Below the pieces are notes generated by a model. It did no database searches, had not been told where the DNA came from, and worked only from the letters and a program-made list of their open reading frames with translations. Source: Candidatus Hermodarchaeota archaeon (lineage in GTDB: Archaea; Asgardarchaeota; Thorarchaeia; Thorarchaeales; Thorarchaeaceae). From it: a stretch of 41,457 bases of DNA. Below are positions 9,901-19,409 of the stretch, piece by piece; the stretch's first letter is position 1; every line of letters begins with the position of its first letter. The position numbers were made by a program, and so were the translations under genes. The DNA lies in assembly GCA_048885865.1 (NCBI GenBank), contig JBHLLF010000024.1, positions 1 through 41,457 on the forward strand, written 5' to 3'.

Positions 9901-10695
9901 GTGGAAAGCGGGGTTTCCAGTAATTATGCTGAGGTCAATGGAATCCGAATGCATTACTATGAGGTTGGTAAGGGGACACCAGTCATACTGATTCATGGAG
10001 GTGTTCTCGATGCCAAATTTGCCTGGCAATCATTCTATCCTATCTTGTCCCAACACTTCAGAGTGATTGCTACAGACTCTAGAGGTCATGGGAAGTCAGA
10101 CAATCCATCAAAGGAGTTTGGCTACAAACTGATGTGTGATGACATTGCAGCTCTGATCAAAGAACTAAACTTGGACAGACCATTTTTAGTTGGATACAGC
10201 GATGGTGGTCAAATCGCACTGGAGATTGGTATCAACTATCCTGAATTGATTCGTGCAATTATTGCTGGAGGAGTTCTAGCTGAGATGTCAGAACACTACT
10301 CCAACTGCGTGCATTCATGGGGATTCAGCGGTCCTGGAGAATTCAACATTGAGAAGTTCCGCAAAGCATTTCCTGAATTTGCTGATATTCTGAGTGAAAT
10401 ACATGCCTCAGTATATGGCAAGGAGTATTGGAAAGAGCTTTTTGTCAACATTTCCCACATGTGGTTGGACCCCGATGGATTTCCAAAAGAGAGAGTAAGT
10501 GAAATCTCAGTCCCAACATTGGTTCTACATGGCGACCGCGACGAAGTTATTCCTCTTGAAGACCCACTGCGTATCTATAGGACAGTACCGAACGCAGAGC
10601 TATCGATTATCCCTAATGCAGACCATATGGCTGCTAGCTCACAAGTAGATACAGTCGCACCGATTATGGTTGATTTCTTGAAGAGGCACGAATAA
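9901..10695 (+). CDS. Alpha/beta hydrolase
   Basis: ILIHGG, DSRGHGKS, nucleophile elbow GYSDGG, acid in GDRD, His in NADH. Confidence 0.92.
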   Translation: MESGVSSNYAEVNGIRMHYYEVGKGTPVILIHGGVLDAKFAWQSFYPILSQHFRVIATDSRGHGKSDNPSKEFGYKLMCDDIAALIKELNLDRPFLVGYSDGGQIALEIGINYPELIRAIIAGGVLAEMSEHYSNCVHSWGFSGPGEFNIEKFRKAFPEFADILSEIHASVYGKEYWKELFVNISHMWLDPDGFPKERVSEISVPTLVLHGDRDEVIPLEDPLRIYRTVPNAELSIIPNADHMAASSQVDTVAPIMVDFLKRHE

Positions 10696-10699
10696 GAAA

Positions 10700-10774
10700 T
10701 GGGGCCCGAAGGGGGAATCGAACCCCCGTCAGGGGAGCCACAATCCCCTATGCTACCATTACACCACTCGGGCC
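10700..10774 (-). tRNA. tRNA-His (GTG), no intron, genomically encoded G-1 and CCA
   Basis: Minus strand reads G-GCCCGAG-TG-GTGTAATGGTAGCAT-A-GGGGA-TT-GTG-GC-TCCCC-TGAC-GGGGG-TTCGATT-CCCCC-TTCGGGC-C-CCA. Confidence 0.96.
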
Positions 10775-11319
10775 ATTGATTGCTGGGGGGCCAGCATTGA
10801 CTCGCTGAAGGATTTTGGCTTATTAGGTTTCCCGTGAGTCCCCAAAGCTCAGCTGATTGAGTGCAGAGAAACAATCTCCAATCTACCAATATGATTCTCC
10901 ATAATCAGTGATGGTGGGTGGCCTGCTTGGGATATCCAATATCCTTCTCATGACCCTATACGCAGCAAGAAGCATCGATCCGCCTATGAAGAAGAAACCA
11001 GCCTTAAGCAAGCATCGTGGTCAGGAGTTATCTGTCGAATCGAGAAGGATACGCCTTATGCTGTGATTTCTTGTAATAGCGGATTTCAGCATGATAGGAA
11101 CGAGCTGGCTTCTCCTCAGCTGCATTTGCTTTTCGTTTTCGTAGAGAGAACATATTTCTTCAACTTTTTCTTGTATAATTTGAATATCAAATGCTGGCCA
11201 AATGCACCTGCAGAAATGGGCAACTCCGGCATCTTTGCGCTCTCTAAAACTGCAGATGCGGCAACAGAAACTGGGACAAGGTAGGAGTAGTAATCCCAAA
11301 AAACGATAGACCTAGTTCA

Positions 11320-12267
11320 TTATTCTACTTCAACCATTTCTCTTAGTATTGTCTCAGCTAGATAGGGGAATTTTGTGCTTGAATATGACACAAGAGTTGT
11401 ACTCGACTTAACATGAGGCAGCTCTCTGACGCGTTTTGAGATTAACTCGGCGTCATGAAGGTCGTCTACCATGAACTCTGCAAAGACAATAGGTTCAAGA
11501 GCAGAAACCCACGGGTCCCAGAACTCGATTGGATACTCCTCCATAAGCCATTTCACTAGGTCCTCAATGGAATACCGCTTCTCATCCCATGCAATACGAA
11601 TGTTGAGATTCACCAAGCCTCCTGCTGCTAGATCGGGGCGAACGACAAACTTGACAAAGCCGGCCTCGTTTATTTCGCGAAGTGCTCTTCGAACTGTTTT
11701 TGGAGATAACCCTGTTTCCTGTGCAATGTCACTCATCGGCATCCGAGGGTCCTTCACAAGAACACGGAGTACTCTGCGATGCAGTTTTGGGATGCGTATT
11801 TTGGAAGGCGTGTCCAATGGATTTAACCTTCGGAGTGGATGAAGCTCGACATCCTCTACCTCCTTGAGACTTCTGAGAAATCCACCTAAATCTGACAGCA
11901 TCTCAATCCTGGAATATTGCCCCCACACTAGGTATGCTCCGCCATTCACACTAGCCACTGTGCTGATATGACCCACCATAGGACTTTCCCCGATGCTGTT
12001 CACAAAATCCTCTATGTTCTCAGTGCCATCTGTGATCACGACTGCTTGGAAAGTGTCAGCATCCATCATCTTATGATTCAGAATCACCTTAAACTGCGAA
12101 ACAAAGCCGTTCTCTATGAGGTTGCTCACTCTGTTCTTAACAGCATTGGGGCTTAGTCCTGTTTCTCTTGCCAAGCTTTCGTAGCTCACTCTGCAATCAT
12201 TGCATAGTTTTACGAAAATGGTCCTATCGTGTTGGTCCACTGTTATCAGCACCTGACAGCATGGCAT
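11320..12267 (-). CDS. Tandem (double) Lrp/AsnC-family transcriptional regulator
   Basis: Two HTH units (DCRVSYESLARETGLSPNAVKNRV; DPRMPMSDIAQETGLSPKTVRRAL), each followed by a RAM-like domain. Confidence 0.85.
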   Translation of the reverse strand: MPCCQVLITVDQHDRTIFVKLCNDCRVSYESLARETGLSPNAVKNRVSNLIENGFVSQFKVILNHKMMDADTFQAVVITDGTENIEDFVNSIGESPMVGHISTVASVNGGAYLVWGQYSRIEMLSDLGGFLRSLKEVEDVELHPLRRLNPLDTPSKIRIPKLHRRVLRVLVKDPRMPMSDIAQETGLSPKTVRRALREINEAGFVKFVVRPDLAAGGLVNLNIRIAWDEKRYSIEDLVKWLMEEYPIEFWDPWVSALEPIVFAEFMVDDLHDAELISKRVRELPHVKSSTTLVSYSSTKFPYLAETILREMVEVE

Positions 12268-12446
12268 ACTATCCCATGGTTTGTTAGAACAAGATGAGTC
12301 ATGTAGATGTTTCTAAATTGAGTTTCGACTATGGCATTTCTGCAAGGGGTGCTTGCCCTTGAGAAAAATGTCTATGATCATGAATTCTTGCATATTCATA
12401 AAGCTCAATATAGAGAAACCAGTCCTACTAGGATGGAGGCTCAGAA

Positions 12447-13007
12447 TTGGAAAGGATTGCTGCATTCATTAACAATCATTCGACTATGCGTAATCTCATA
12501 CTGGCCATAATATCAAGCGCAGTTGTGGTGGCAGTAATGGGAATGGCCACTCAATCTCTGGTTTATGACATCTATGGAGATGTCACAATGCCTGATACTA
12601 GATTCATCTATTCTTACAATGAAATCTTAGACGTGTTCAATACACTTGGATTCGAGGGATTACAGATCTGGCTTCTGGTGCATTCTCTTGACTTCCTGTT
12701 CCCACTCACTTATTCATTTGCAATTGCTTTTGGAATCGCGATGCTTGTGAGGAAACTTCCTCCAGAAAGAAGAGGATTAGGGAATTTGAGTGTCGTGGGT
12801 CTACTTGGAGGCTTATTGGACTATATCGAAAATGTCCTCATTGCATCACAAGTTCTCGCGTATCCAAATCTGTCTCAGCCAATCATTCAAATCGCTAGTG
12901 CTGTAACAGCTTTGAAGTGGATTGCAATCATGATAGGATTTGGCCTTGTTATTGTATTTCTCATAGCTCTAATTTTGATGAGAGCGAGTTCGCGATTTAG
13001 CTCTTGA
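12447..13007 (+). CDS. Hypothetical 4-TM membrane protein
   Basis: Hydrophobic helices with PDTRF, LDFLFPLTY, LDYIEN and TALKW motifs. Confidence 0.75.
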   Translation: MERIAAFINNHSTMRNLILAIISSAVVVAVMGMATQSLVYDIYGDVTMPDTRFIYSYNEILDVFNTLGFEGLQIWLLVHSLDFLFPLTYSFAIAFGIAMLVRKLPPERRGLGNLSVVGLLGGLLDYIENVLIASQVLAYPNLSQPIIQIASAVTALKWIAIMIGFGLVIVFLIALILMRASSRFSS

Positions 13008-13833
13008 AGGCCAGGACACCCAGGACCTCCTCTTTCCGTGAAACTGTGTTAAATCCAGCATCACGAAGGCGCTTCATGATCCCCTTCTGAAGGTCTATTT
13101 TTCGATGCCTAGATCCGGGGGATCCCACATAATGGAGGAGTTTGCCTTTGTGTCGCAACACCCTATACAAATGGCTGTAGAATTCTTCTGTATAAAGCTC
13201 GGGAGCCAATGAGAAACGGGGAGGGTCATGCATCACTGTGTGAAAAGATTTTTCGTCAATCTTCTCAATCTCCAGAGATGCATCTGCATTGATGACTGTG
13301 ATTCTGTCATCCGTGAAGAGTCTACGGGACCAAGGGTTCAGGCTGGCAAGCTCCAGAACATTCTCATCTTTCTCAATTGTAACAATGCTACGGACACCCT
13401 TCTGGAGACACGCAATACTTGCGTAACCAAGACCTGTACAGATCTCCAGCATGTCTATGCCCTTTCGGGCACAGAGTTCGGCCTTCATAAAGGCATCCTC
13501 CATGGGTGTGGTCTCTTTAACTCGATGCATTAGAATGCCATCAATCAGTAGTGCAGGTGCTTGGTTCCTGGCAACAGGCATCAGTTTGTAGAAGTGCTTG
13601 CCACTTAATGCCGCTTTGAATATACCTTTGTCATTCACGAAATAGACTGACTCTTCATCCTGAGATATTTTCTCGAGCTGATCTCTATTCCATGGTTGAT
13701 TAGCAAGTCTGATTCGTCTAGTCGTTACTCCAAGGTCTAGAGAAACCTCAACCTCGGTTGAGCCTTTATCATATGCAGATAGTATACGTCCTGCAGCGTG
13801 GGAATCGAGAAACGATAGCTCTTCTGGCGACAT
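12997..13833 (-). CDS. SAM-dependent methyltransferase (archaeal COG2521-like)
   Basis: EVSLDLG, LEICTGLGY, NPWS and HDPPRFSLAPELYTEEFY motifs. Confidence 0.85.
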   Translation of the reverse strand: MSPEELSFLDSHAAGRILSAYDKGSTEVEVSLDLGVTTRRIRLANQPWNRDQLEKISQDEESVYFVNDKGIFKAALSGKHFYKLMPVARNQAPALLIDGILMHRVKETTPMEDAFMKAELCARKGIDMLEICTGLGYASIACLQKGVRSIVTIEKDENVLELASLNPWSRRLFTDDRITVINADASLEIEKIDEKSFHTVMHDPPRFSLAPELYTEEFYSHLYRVLRHKGKLLHYVGSPGSRHRKIDLQKGIMKRLRDAGFNTVSRKEEVLGVLAFKS

Positions 13834-13934
13834 CAGACGTGAGATAATAGCAGGATGTCAAAAGGCTGTCGACATATACATCGCAACTGTTATGGTCTTG
13901 CAGGACAATTGAAATCCACACAGGAGGAGCACAG

Positions 13935-15116
13935 ATGATTCTGGAAGAGCATGGATTAGACAAGGAAACAGTTGTTGGAAGGCTGGACTCGCTTCTTGAA
14001 GGGGATGCCACGTACTTTTCTGGTCATCCGATTGCTTCAATGTCCACCATCCCCCATCAACTTGGGACTGATGTGTTTCTCAGAACTATGGAACGAAATG
14101 CAGGTAGACTCCATACGTTCAAGGGCTCTGCAAGGGTTGAGCAAGAAGTGATTGAGATGATCGCAGATCTCTTGCATCTTGAAACACCGCATGGAACGAC
14201 AACATCAGGGGGGACAGAGTCCAACATACTTGCGATGCTGGCAATGCGTGAAACCCAGAAGAGAGTCAAGAGGCCCGAGGTCATTGCTCCAAAAACAGTA
14301 CACTCTTCCATTGATAAGGCGGCCTGGATTCTTGGTATCAACCTCATCAAGACCGGAGTAGACAAGCAGTTCAAGGCGATCAGTCGAAGTATTGAGAAGA
14401 AGATTTCCGAGAACACGATAGGAATTGTTGCGACGGCCGGCACAACGTATCTTGGACAGATAGATCCGATTGATGAGATAGGCGGAGTCGCCGCTGAACA
14501 TCGAATCCCTCTTCACATCGATGCTGCATTTGGCGGCTTTGTGATTCCTTTCTTGAACGACCTTGGGCTGGGAGATTATTCCTATGACTTTGAGGTAAAT
14601 GGAGTTACTAGCGTCAGCGTTGATCCTCACAAGATGGGCCTTGCGCCAATACCTGCAGGTTGCCTAATCTTCAAATCAGGTCGCCATCTCAGAGCGATAA
14701 CCAAAAAGATACCATATCTTCCAGGAGCTAGCTCCAAGCAATCGTCCATGTTGGGAACTCGACCCGCGGCGTCAATCTTAGCCACATGGGCGATAATGAA
14801 GCATCTTGGCCGGTCTGGGTACAGAGAGATAGTTAGAGGTTGCATGGCACAGACTCATCTAGGAAAGGAGAGAGTTGAGGACAATCCTCTATTGGAGATT
14901 GCTATTGAGCCGGTGATGAACATTCTTGGAATTAGGAGTAAAGAGGTGCCTCTCGAAACGATTATTATGAAGATGGAAAAACGGGGATGGCGGATGGCAG
15001 CATCCCCATTGCCACCCTCATTGAGGCTAGTTGTTATGCCTCACATCACTACAGGGGCCTTGAACGCATTCTTCAACGACTTGAATAAAGTTTCCACAAC
15101 TATACCCGCAGACTAG
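13935..15116 (+). CDS. mfnA: PLP-dependent tyrosine/aspartate decarboxylase
   Basis: TSGGTESN, HIDAAFGGF, SVDPHKMGLAPIPAG (PLP lysine) and GTRP motifs. Confidence 0.85.
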   Translation: MILEEHGLDKETVVGRLDSLLEGDATYFSGHPIASMSTIPHQLGTDVFLRTMERNAGRLHTFKGSARVEQEVIEMIADLLHLETPHGTTTSGGTESNILAMLAMRETQKRVKRPEVIAPKTVHSSIDKAAWILGINLIKTGVDKQFKAISRSIEKKISENTIGIVATAGTTYLGQIDPIDEIGGVAAEHRIPLHIDAAFGGFVIPFLNDLGLGDYSYDFEVNGVTSVSVDPHKMGLAPIPAGCLIFKSGRHLRAITKKIPYLPGASSKQSSMLGTRPAASILATWAIMKHLGRSGYREIVRGCMAQTHLGKERVEDNPLLEIAIEPVMNILGIRSKEVPLETIIMKMEKRGWRMAASPLPPSLRLVVMPHITTGALNAFFNDLNKVSTTIPAD

Positions 15117-15469
15117 GCTGAAGGGCTTAATAGATCCTTTAAGTTCAGAAGCTCTTCCTCTAGATCATTCATACGCTTTGACATCTCTATCATCTTATGC
15201 AGCAACATGGATATGAGATATCCATAGTTGACCGAATAGCCCTTAGTCCGCTCTATGATATTAGATGCTTCCAGTCGTCCAGCAACATTCGATATAGATT
15301 GCTTGGAAACTTCTCGTTCTTTTACAATTCTATCCACATTCTCTCGTACAGCACTTGGTTCGACTGGAGTCCCTTGCAAGGGAGCCAGAAGAGTGTGAAG
15401 CATGACAAGTCCAGCATTCATTCGTGGATTCATTAGTTTTGCAAATGTTTGGTTTAGTTCCGCCTTCAA
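15113..15469 (-). CDS. Hypothetical winged-helix plus C-terminal coiled-coil protein
   Basis: SKQSISNVAGRLEASNIIER is wH-like; heptad-like tail; 4-bp convergent overlap with mfnA. Confidence 0.6.
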   Translation of the reverse strand: MKAELNQTFAKLMNPRMNAGLVMLHTLLAPLQGTPVEPSAVRENVDRIVKEREVSKQSISNVAGRLEASNIIERTKGYSVNYGYLISMLLHKMIEMSKRMNDLEEELLNLKDLLSPSA

Positions 15470-15664
15470 CCTGTGTGCCCCCGTAGTGTTGATGACTGTC
15501 TGCAGTAAACGCTTTGCGTGAGAAAAATCTTCTGGCTATTCCAAATAGTTTATTGACAACAGAAAGTACAGAGAAGTGTAGATTAACGTGTACTATATTG
15601 CGGTTCGCAAATACGCACAATTATGTTACGTTCAAAACAGTGAAAAGACTCGCATCTTCTGAGC

Positions 15665-16369
15665 ATGGCAAGTGAATTCATCTTGAGCAATGAGGTCGAC
15701 CGAGTGGTCTTTGTGGCAGTAATTCATACTGATATAGAAAGTGTTGAACGTGCAAGAGAAACAGTTAAAGATGTTCAACCTGATGTCGTTGCTGTTGAGT
15801 TGGACCATCAGAGATACCAACAACTTATGGATCCTGACAAGACAATGGCGAACTGGGAGCCCGCATCATCAGGGGATGCCGCACAAGATCTGATACAACA
15901 CATGGCAACGCTTGAGAAGAGCCTGGGGGAGATGACTGGGTCCAATGTCGGTGAAGAGATGCTTGCAGCCATCGAGGAGGGCCGAAAGATTGGTGCAAAG
16001 ATAGCTCTCGTAGACAGACCAATCCATGTCACAATGCAAGCTATAGCTAGAGTGCCCCTGGACGAGATTTATCGCCTAATGGGAGTGGTGCCTGATGCAC
16101 AAAAGGACCTTCAAGAAGGTGATGCCACGGATATCTTGGGAATGCTAAAGGAGGAAGGGGCAATTGAGAATCTGATGAAGGATTTTAATTCAGAATATCC
16201 CAACCTTGCTGATGCCCTAATACATCAGAGAGATTTCTACGTGGCAAATGCGCTTAGAAGTATCATGAAAGATGTAGAAGGCAAAATTGTAGCAGTCCTG
16301 GGCGCAGGGCATATCGAGGGCGTTAGAAAGGCCCTTTTAGACCTACTTGAAACCGAGGCCGCCTCTTAG
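15665..16369 (+). CDS. TraB/GumN-family protein
   Basis: PDVVAVELD, GEEMLAAI, LVDRPI, LIHQRD and VAVLGAGHIEG motifs. Confidence 0.88.
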   Translation: MASEFILSNEVDRVVFVAVIHTDIESVERARETVKDVQPDVVAVELDHQRYQQLMDPDKTMANWEPASSGDAAQDLIQHMATLEKSLGEMTGSNVGEEMLAAIEEGRKIGAKIALVDRPIHVTMQAIARVPLDEIYRLMGVVPDAQKDLQEGDATDILGMLKEEGAIENLMKDFNSEYPNLADALIHQRDFYVANALRSIMKDVEGKIVAVLGAGHIEGVRKALLDLLETEAAS

Positions 16370-17016
16370 AAACCTAGGGATTCTATAAGGGCATCTATTC
16401 CCTCACCAGTCACTGAGCTGACCCGTAGGACCGGGATGTTTGCGTCAACCTCCCGTACATCATCTTCGAGGGCACCGAGATCGAAACCTACGGCTTTGGC
16501 GAGGTCGACCTTGTTGATGACAACCAAATCAGCTCGTTTTATTGTGAGGGGATGCTTCTTTATCATATAGGGACCTTCAGTCACACTTACAACAACAATC
16601 TTCTTGTCTACTCCCAAGGAATATCCTGCAGGACAGATGAGGTTTCCAACATTCTCTATGAATATGAGCTCGTAATTGGACAGATCGATGTCATTCAAAG
16701 CGACTCGGAGCATTCTTGCATCCAAGTGGCATGCGGTTCCTGTGTTTATCTGAACCGTATCAACTCCATGGGAGGCTACACGATCCGCATCAATTGTTGT
16801 TGCAAGGTCACCGGCTACCATCAGGATACGGTACTTATCACGTAATCTCTCGCAGAGAGCCTCGATGAGCTGAGTTTTGCCTGTACCAACGGATCCCATA
16901 ATGTCAATGGATCTAATTCCATTTTTTCTGAATAGCTCGGCGTTATGGGACGCAGCTTCCTCATTTGCCCCAAAAAGGTCGGTTCCGATATCTATTGTAA
17001 TCGTGCGGTCCGTCAT
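16366..17016 (-). CDS. hypB: Hydrogenase nickel-incorporation GTPase
   Basis: P-loop GSVGTGKT, INTGTACHLD, ENVGNLICP and NKVD motifs. Confidence 0.93.
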   Translation of the reverse strand: MTDRTITIDIGTDLFGANEEAASHNAELFRKNGIRSIDIMGSVGTGKTQLIEALCERLRDKYRILMVAGDLATTIDADRVASHGVDTVQINTGTACHLDARMLRVALNDIDLSNYELIFIENVGNLICPAGYSLGVDKKIVVVSVTEGPYMIKKHPLTIKRADLVVINKVDLAKAVGFDLGALEDDVREVDANIPVLRVSSVTGEGIDALIESLGF

Positions 17017-17028
17017 TGCCTCTCCTTC

Positions 17029-17583
17029 CTATTGGGCAAGCTCTTGGAATTCATCATCCGGATATAGATATTGACCAATAGTAGGTCTGATCACAATCCT
17101 TTCCAGCAACAGCGCAACAAATGCCCATAGAAATGCCTGAAGCATATCAATTGTAGCATAGAGAACCGTGAGTTCTATTGATTCGGTAAATGCTGCGAAA
17201 ATGGTCATGCTAGGGATGAAGCCTCCTATGATCCCTCCTCCGATGATGACCATTGCAATATAGAGCAGGCTGTTTCTATCTGCCTTTACATGAATAGCAT
17301 ATCCAGTTCCTATTCCCAAGCAGATATTGCCAATCATGGGCAGCAGCGGCGGCTCTCCTCCAGCTATTGCACCTCCAAGACCGACTATTGCGCCGACCAA
17401 TGCCCCGCCCGGCAAACCACCAATGACTCCCCCAATTTCTGAGAACAGGAATCCAGGCGTTAAATCAAGTAGGCCAGGTATCACTGGAATTCGCACAAAC
17501 ATGCGAACCACAATGCCCATCGCTGCTAGCATGGCAAGAGTTGTCAAGGCTACCGTGTTCTTTTGGAGAGGAATCGTGCCCAT
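17029..17583 (-). CDS. ECF transporter S-component-like membrane protein
   Basis: LTTLAMLAAMGIVV...RIP, Gly-rich TM helices; ATG 17583 after GAGGT. Confidence 0.7.
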   Translation of the reverse strand: MGTIPLQKNTVALTTLAMLAAMGIVVRMFVRIPVIPGLLDLTPGFLFSEIGGVIGGLPGGALVGAIVGLGGAIAGGEPPLLPMIGNICLGIGTGYAIHVKADRNSLLYIAMVIIGGGIIGGFIPSMTIFAAFTESIELTVLYATIDMLQAFLWAFVALLLERIVIRPTIGQYLYPDDEFQELAQ

Positions 17584-17609
17584 ATCGCTATACCTCAAGA
17601 CACCATGGC

Positions 17610-17987
17610 TCAGGTAAGCTGGTCGCCCCATGGTTCCAACAAGAATCTTCTGGTTTCCTCATACCATCGGTCAAGTCGAGCAAGAATCTCTCCCCTCACT
17701 GACTCTGTAGAAATTGCCCTGTACACATGATAGAACCCCCCACGCTCAAAGGTTTCTTCATTCATCTCCACCAGACCCTTATCCTTAAGGCTGGTCAGCA
17801 CACGTTGAACAGTACTACGATCTCTATCAATTCGCGCTGCAATCTCTTTGACAGTCTTTGGCCCCGTGATTAAAGAGAAGTATACATCTATCTCTGTGTC
17901 CCTCAATCCAAAAGCACAGCATAGAAGATCCGACGGTTTTTCGAAGCTTTTACTGAATAAGTCTGCTAGGGGGGCCTTGGAAGTCAT
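17610..17987 (-). CDS. TrmB-like HTH transcriptional regulator (COG3355-like)
   Basis: DLLCCAFGL...TVKEIAARIDRDRSTVQRVLTSLKDKGLV...GGFYHVY. Confidence 0.85.
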   Translation of the reverse strand: MTSKAPLADLFSKSFEKPSDLLCCAFGLRDTEIDVYFSLITGPKTVKEIAARIDRDRSTVQRVLTSLKDKGLVEMNEETFERGGFYHVYRAISTESVRGEILARLDRWYEETRRFLLEPWGDQLT

Positions 17988-18126
17988 TTCTTTTCCTCAT
18001 TTCTTTTTCTAAGTTCTTTTCTTTAAAGAGTTGTGCAATGACGCGCACAATCGCTTAGCGGATAATCGAGATAATACTTCGGTTCAAAAGAATCAGATAT
18101 CTCATACTAGTTGGAGTTGACAGACA

Positions 18127-18600
18127 ATGGACTTCAGGACACTAAAAGAAGACCGAAACTCAGACCCATGGAGAAGCAATGAGTCAGAAACACGACATCT
18201 CCAATCCATAAATCTGGCTCCGCTAAAGGGAATCATTGAGTCAGATGCGGTGAGGTCCAAGGTGCTGAGAGTCTTGATTGAGGATGGCACTTGGGTGACC
18301 ACTGCAGATTTGCTGAGGGCGGCAAGACAAGAAAGAGCGATTGTCGGGGCAGTCACAATCGGAACGATATTGAAGGGAATGAATGATCTGGTCAGCTCAA
18401 AGCTTATTCTTAGTAGAACTTCCTTGTCATCAGGTATCGATTGGGCCGAATGGAGAATAAACCCTGATTGGCTTAGGCCCACCAGGAAGCTGCTCCAGAT
18501 GCTCAGCAGGCCGAAGTTCGAGAGGGCTCTTCAAAAAGCACCAGTTGAGGAGAGACAATCAAGTCTAGACGAGTTTTCTACCGATATTACTCAAGATTGA
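18127..18600 (+). CDS. Hypothetical protein, possible winged helix
   Basis: 157-aa ORF filling the gap; VRSKVLRVL...WVTTADL...EWRINP pattern. Confidence 0.6.
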   Translation: MDFRTLKEDRNSDPWRSNESETRHLQSINLAPLKGIIESDAVRSKVLRVLIEDGTWVTTADLLRAARQERAIVGAVTIGTILKGMNDLVSSKLILSRTSLSSGIDWAEWRINPDWLRPTRKLLQMLSRPKFERALQKAPVEERQSSLDEFSTDITQD

Positions 18601-18689
18601 GTAACTTGTGCTTATTGAGTAGACTTATTAGGAGCTCAGGTACGCAGGAGCCCATGCAAGACCCATCAGGAAAGGAGGCAGATGCTGCT

Positions 18690-19310
18690 ATGGCTTCTCC
18701 CGAGCGTGCACATGATGATCAGGACTGGCAGCTCTCTGAAGTTTCACCAACTAGTGAAAATGTCAAGAAGGTAGCGGTAGCAGGAATCATGGCTTCTCTC
18801 TCACTGGCTGCATCTCCCATTGCCTCAGTGATTCCTAGGATTCCCGTATGGGATATTGCACTTTTTGACCCCGTTTCGTTCTTCTGGATTATAGCATTCC
18901 TTGTAGGTGGAATCTGGGTCGGCATGATCAGTGTGATTGCTGGAACCTTTGGATTGTTCTTCTTTGATCCTTCAGGCGTTGGACCCATATTCAAGTTAAT
19001 GGCTACTCTGCCTATGATTGTCATTCCTTGGCTATTTGTTAGGTTTCGGGGGCAAGGCCAAGGAGGAATACGTCTAGCTGTTCCGACGCTATTCATTAGT
19101 GCAATGGTCATTGCCACTCTCGTAAGACTACTCATAATGGTCCCGACAAATCTGGTCATGGTGCCAATTCTATATGGACCATCATGGACGGCTGAGTTTA
19201 TAGTCACATATGCTCTAATTCTCAACCTCTCACAGAGCCTATGGGATAGTTTGATTCCATATGTGACAGTTCATCTCAGCCCGATCTTCGAGCGGTTTGG
19301 TATGTGGTAA
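18690..19310 (+). CDS. ECF transporter S-component-like membrane protein
   Basis: KKVAVAGIMASLSL...PRIP, FDP, GPIFKLMAT; five to six TM helices. ATG 18690 follows AGGAGG (alternative start 18654). Confidence 0.75.
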   Translation: MASPERAHDDQDWQLSEVSPTSENVKKVAVAGIMASLSLAASPIASVIPRIPVWDIALFDPVSFFWIIAFLVGGIWVGMISVIAGTFGLFFFDPSGVGPIFKLMATLPMIVIPWLFVRFRGQGQGGIRLAVPTLFISAMVIATLVRLLIMVPTNLVMVPILYGPSWTAEFIVTYALILNLSQSLWDSLIPYVTVHLSPIFERFGMW

Positions 19311-19409
19311 GTCCCTATGGGTGAAGTCGTGGCACGGAGGGGACCCTAGAAACCGCTATATGCGGTGGTCCGTAGAATAGTCAGACCAGCCACCATAGGA
19401 TGATTCACA

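Noticed and set aside
6524-10695. Integrated element downstream of tRNA-His
   Set aside because: No integrase, transposase or viral gene; only the 13-bp repeat around one gene is supported.
13935-15116. mfnA as evidence of methanogenesis
   Set aside because: The family also makes beta-alanine for CoA in non-methanogens; no other mfn or mcr genes are present.
15488-15663. Possible C/D box sRNA (TGATGA ... CTGA)
   Set aside because: The boxes are about 165 nt apart with no convincing internal D'/C' boxes or terminal stem.
15665-16369. TraB as a sign of conjugation or a mobile element
   Set aside because: The TraB/GumN family is a common archaeal chromosomal protein; no transfer, integrase or replication genes are nearby.
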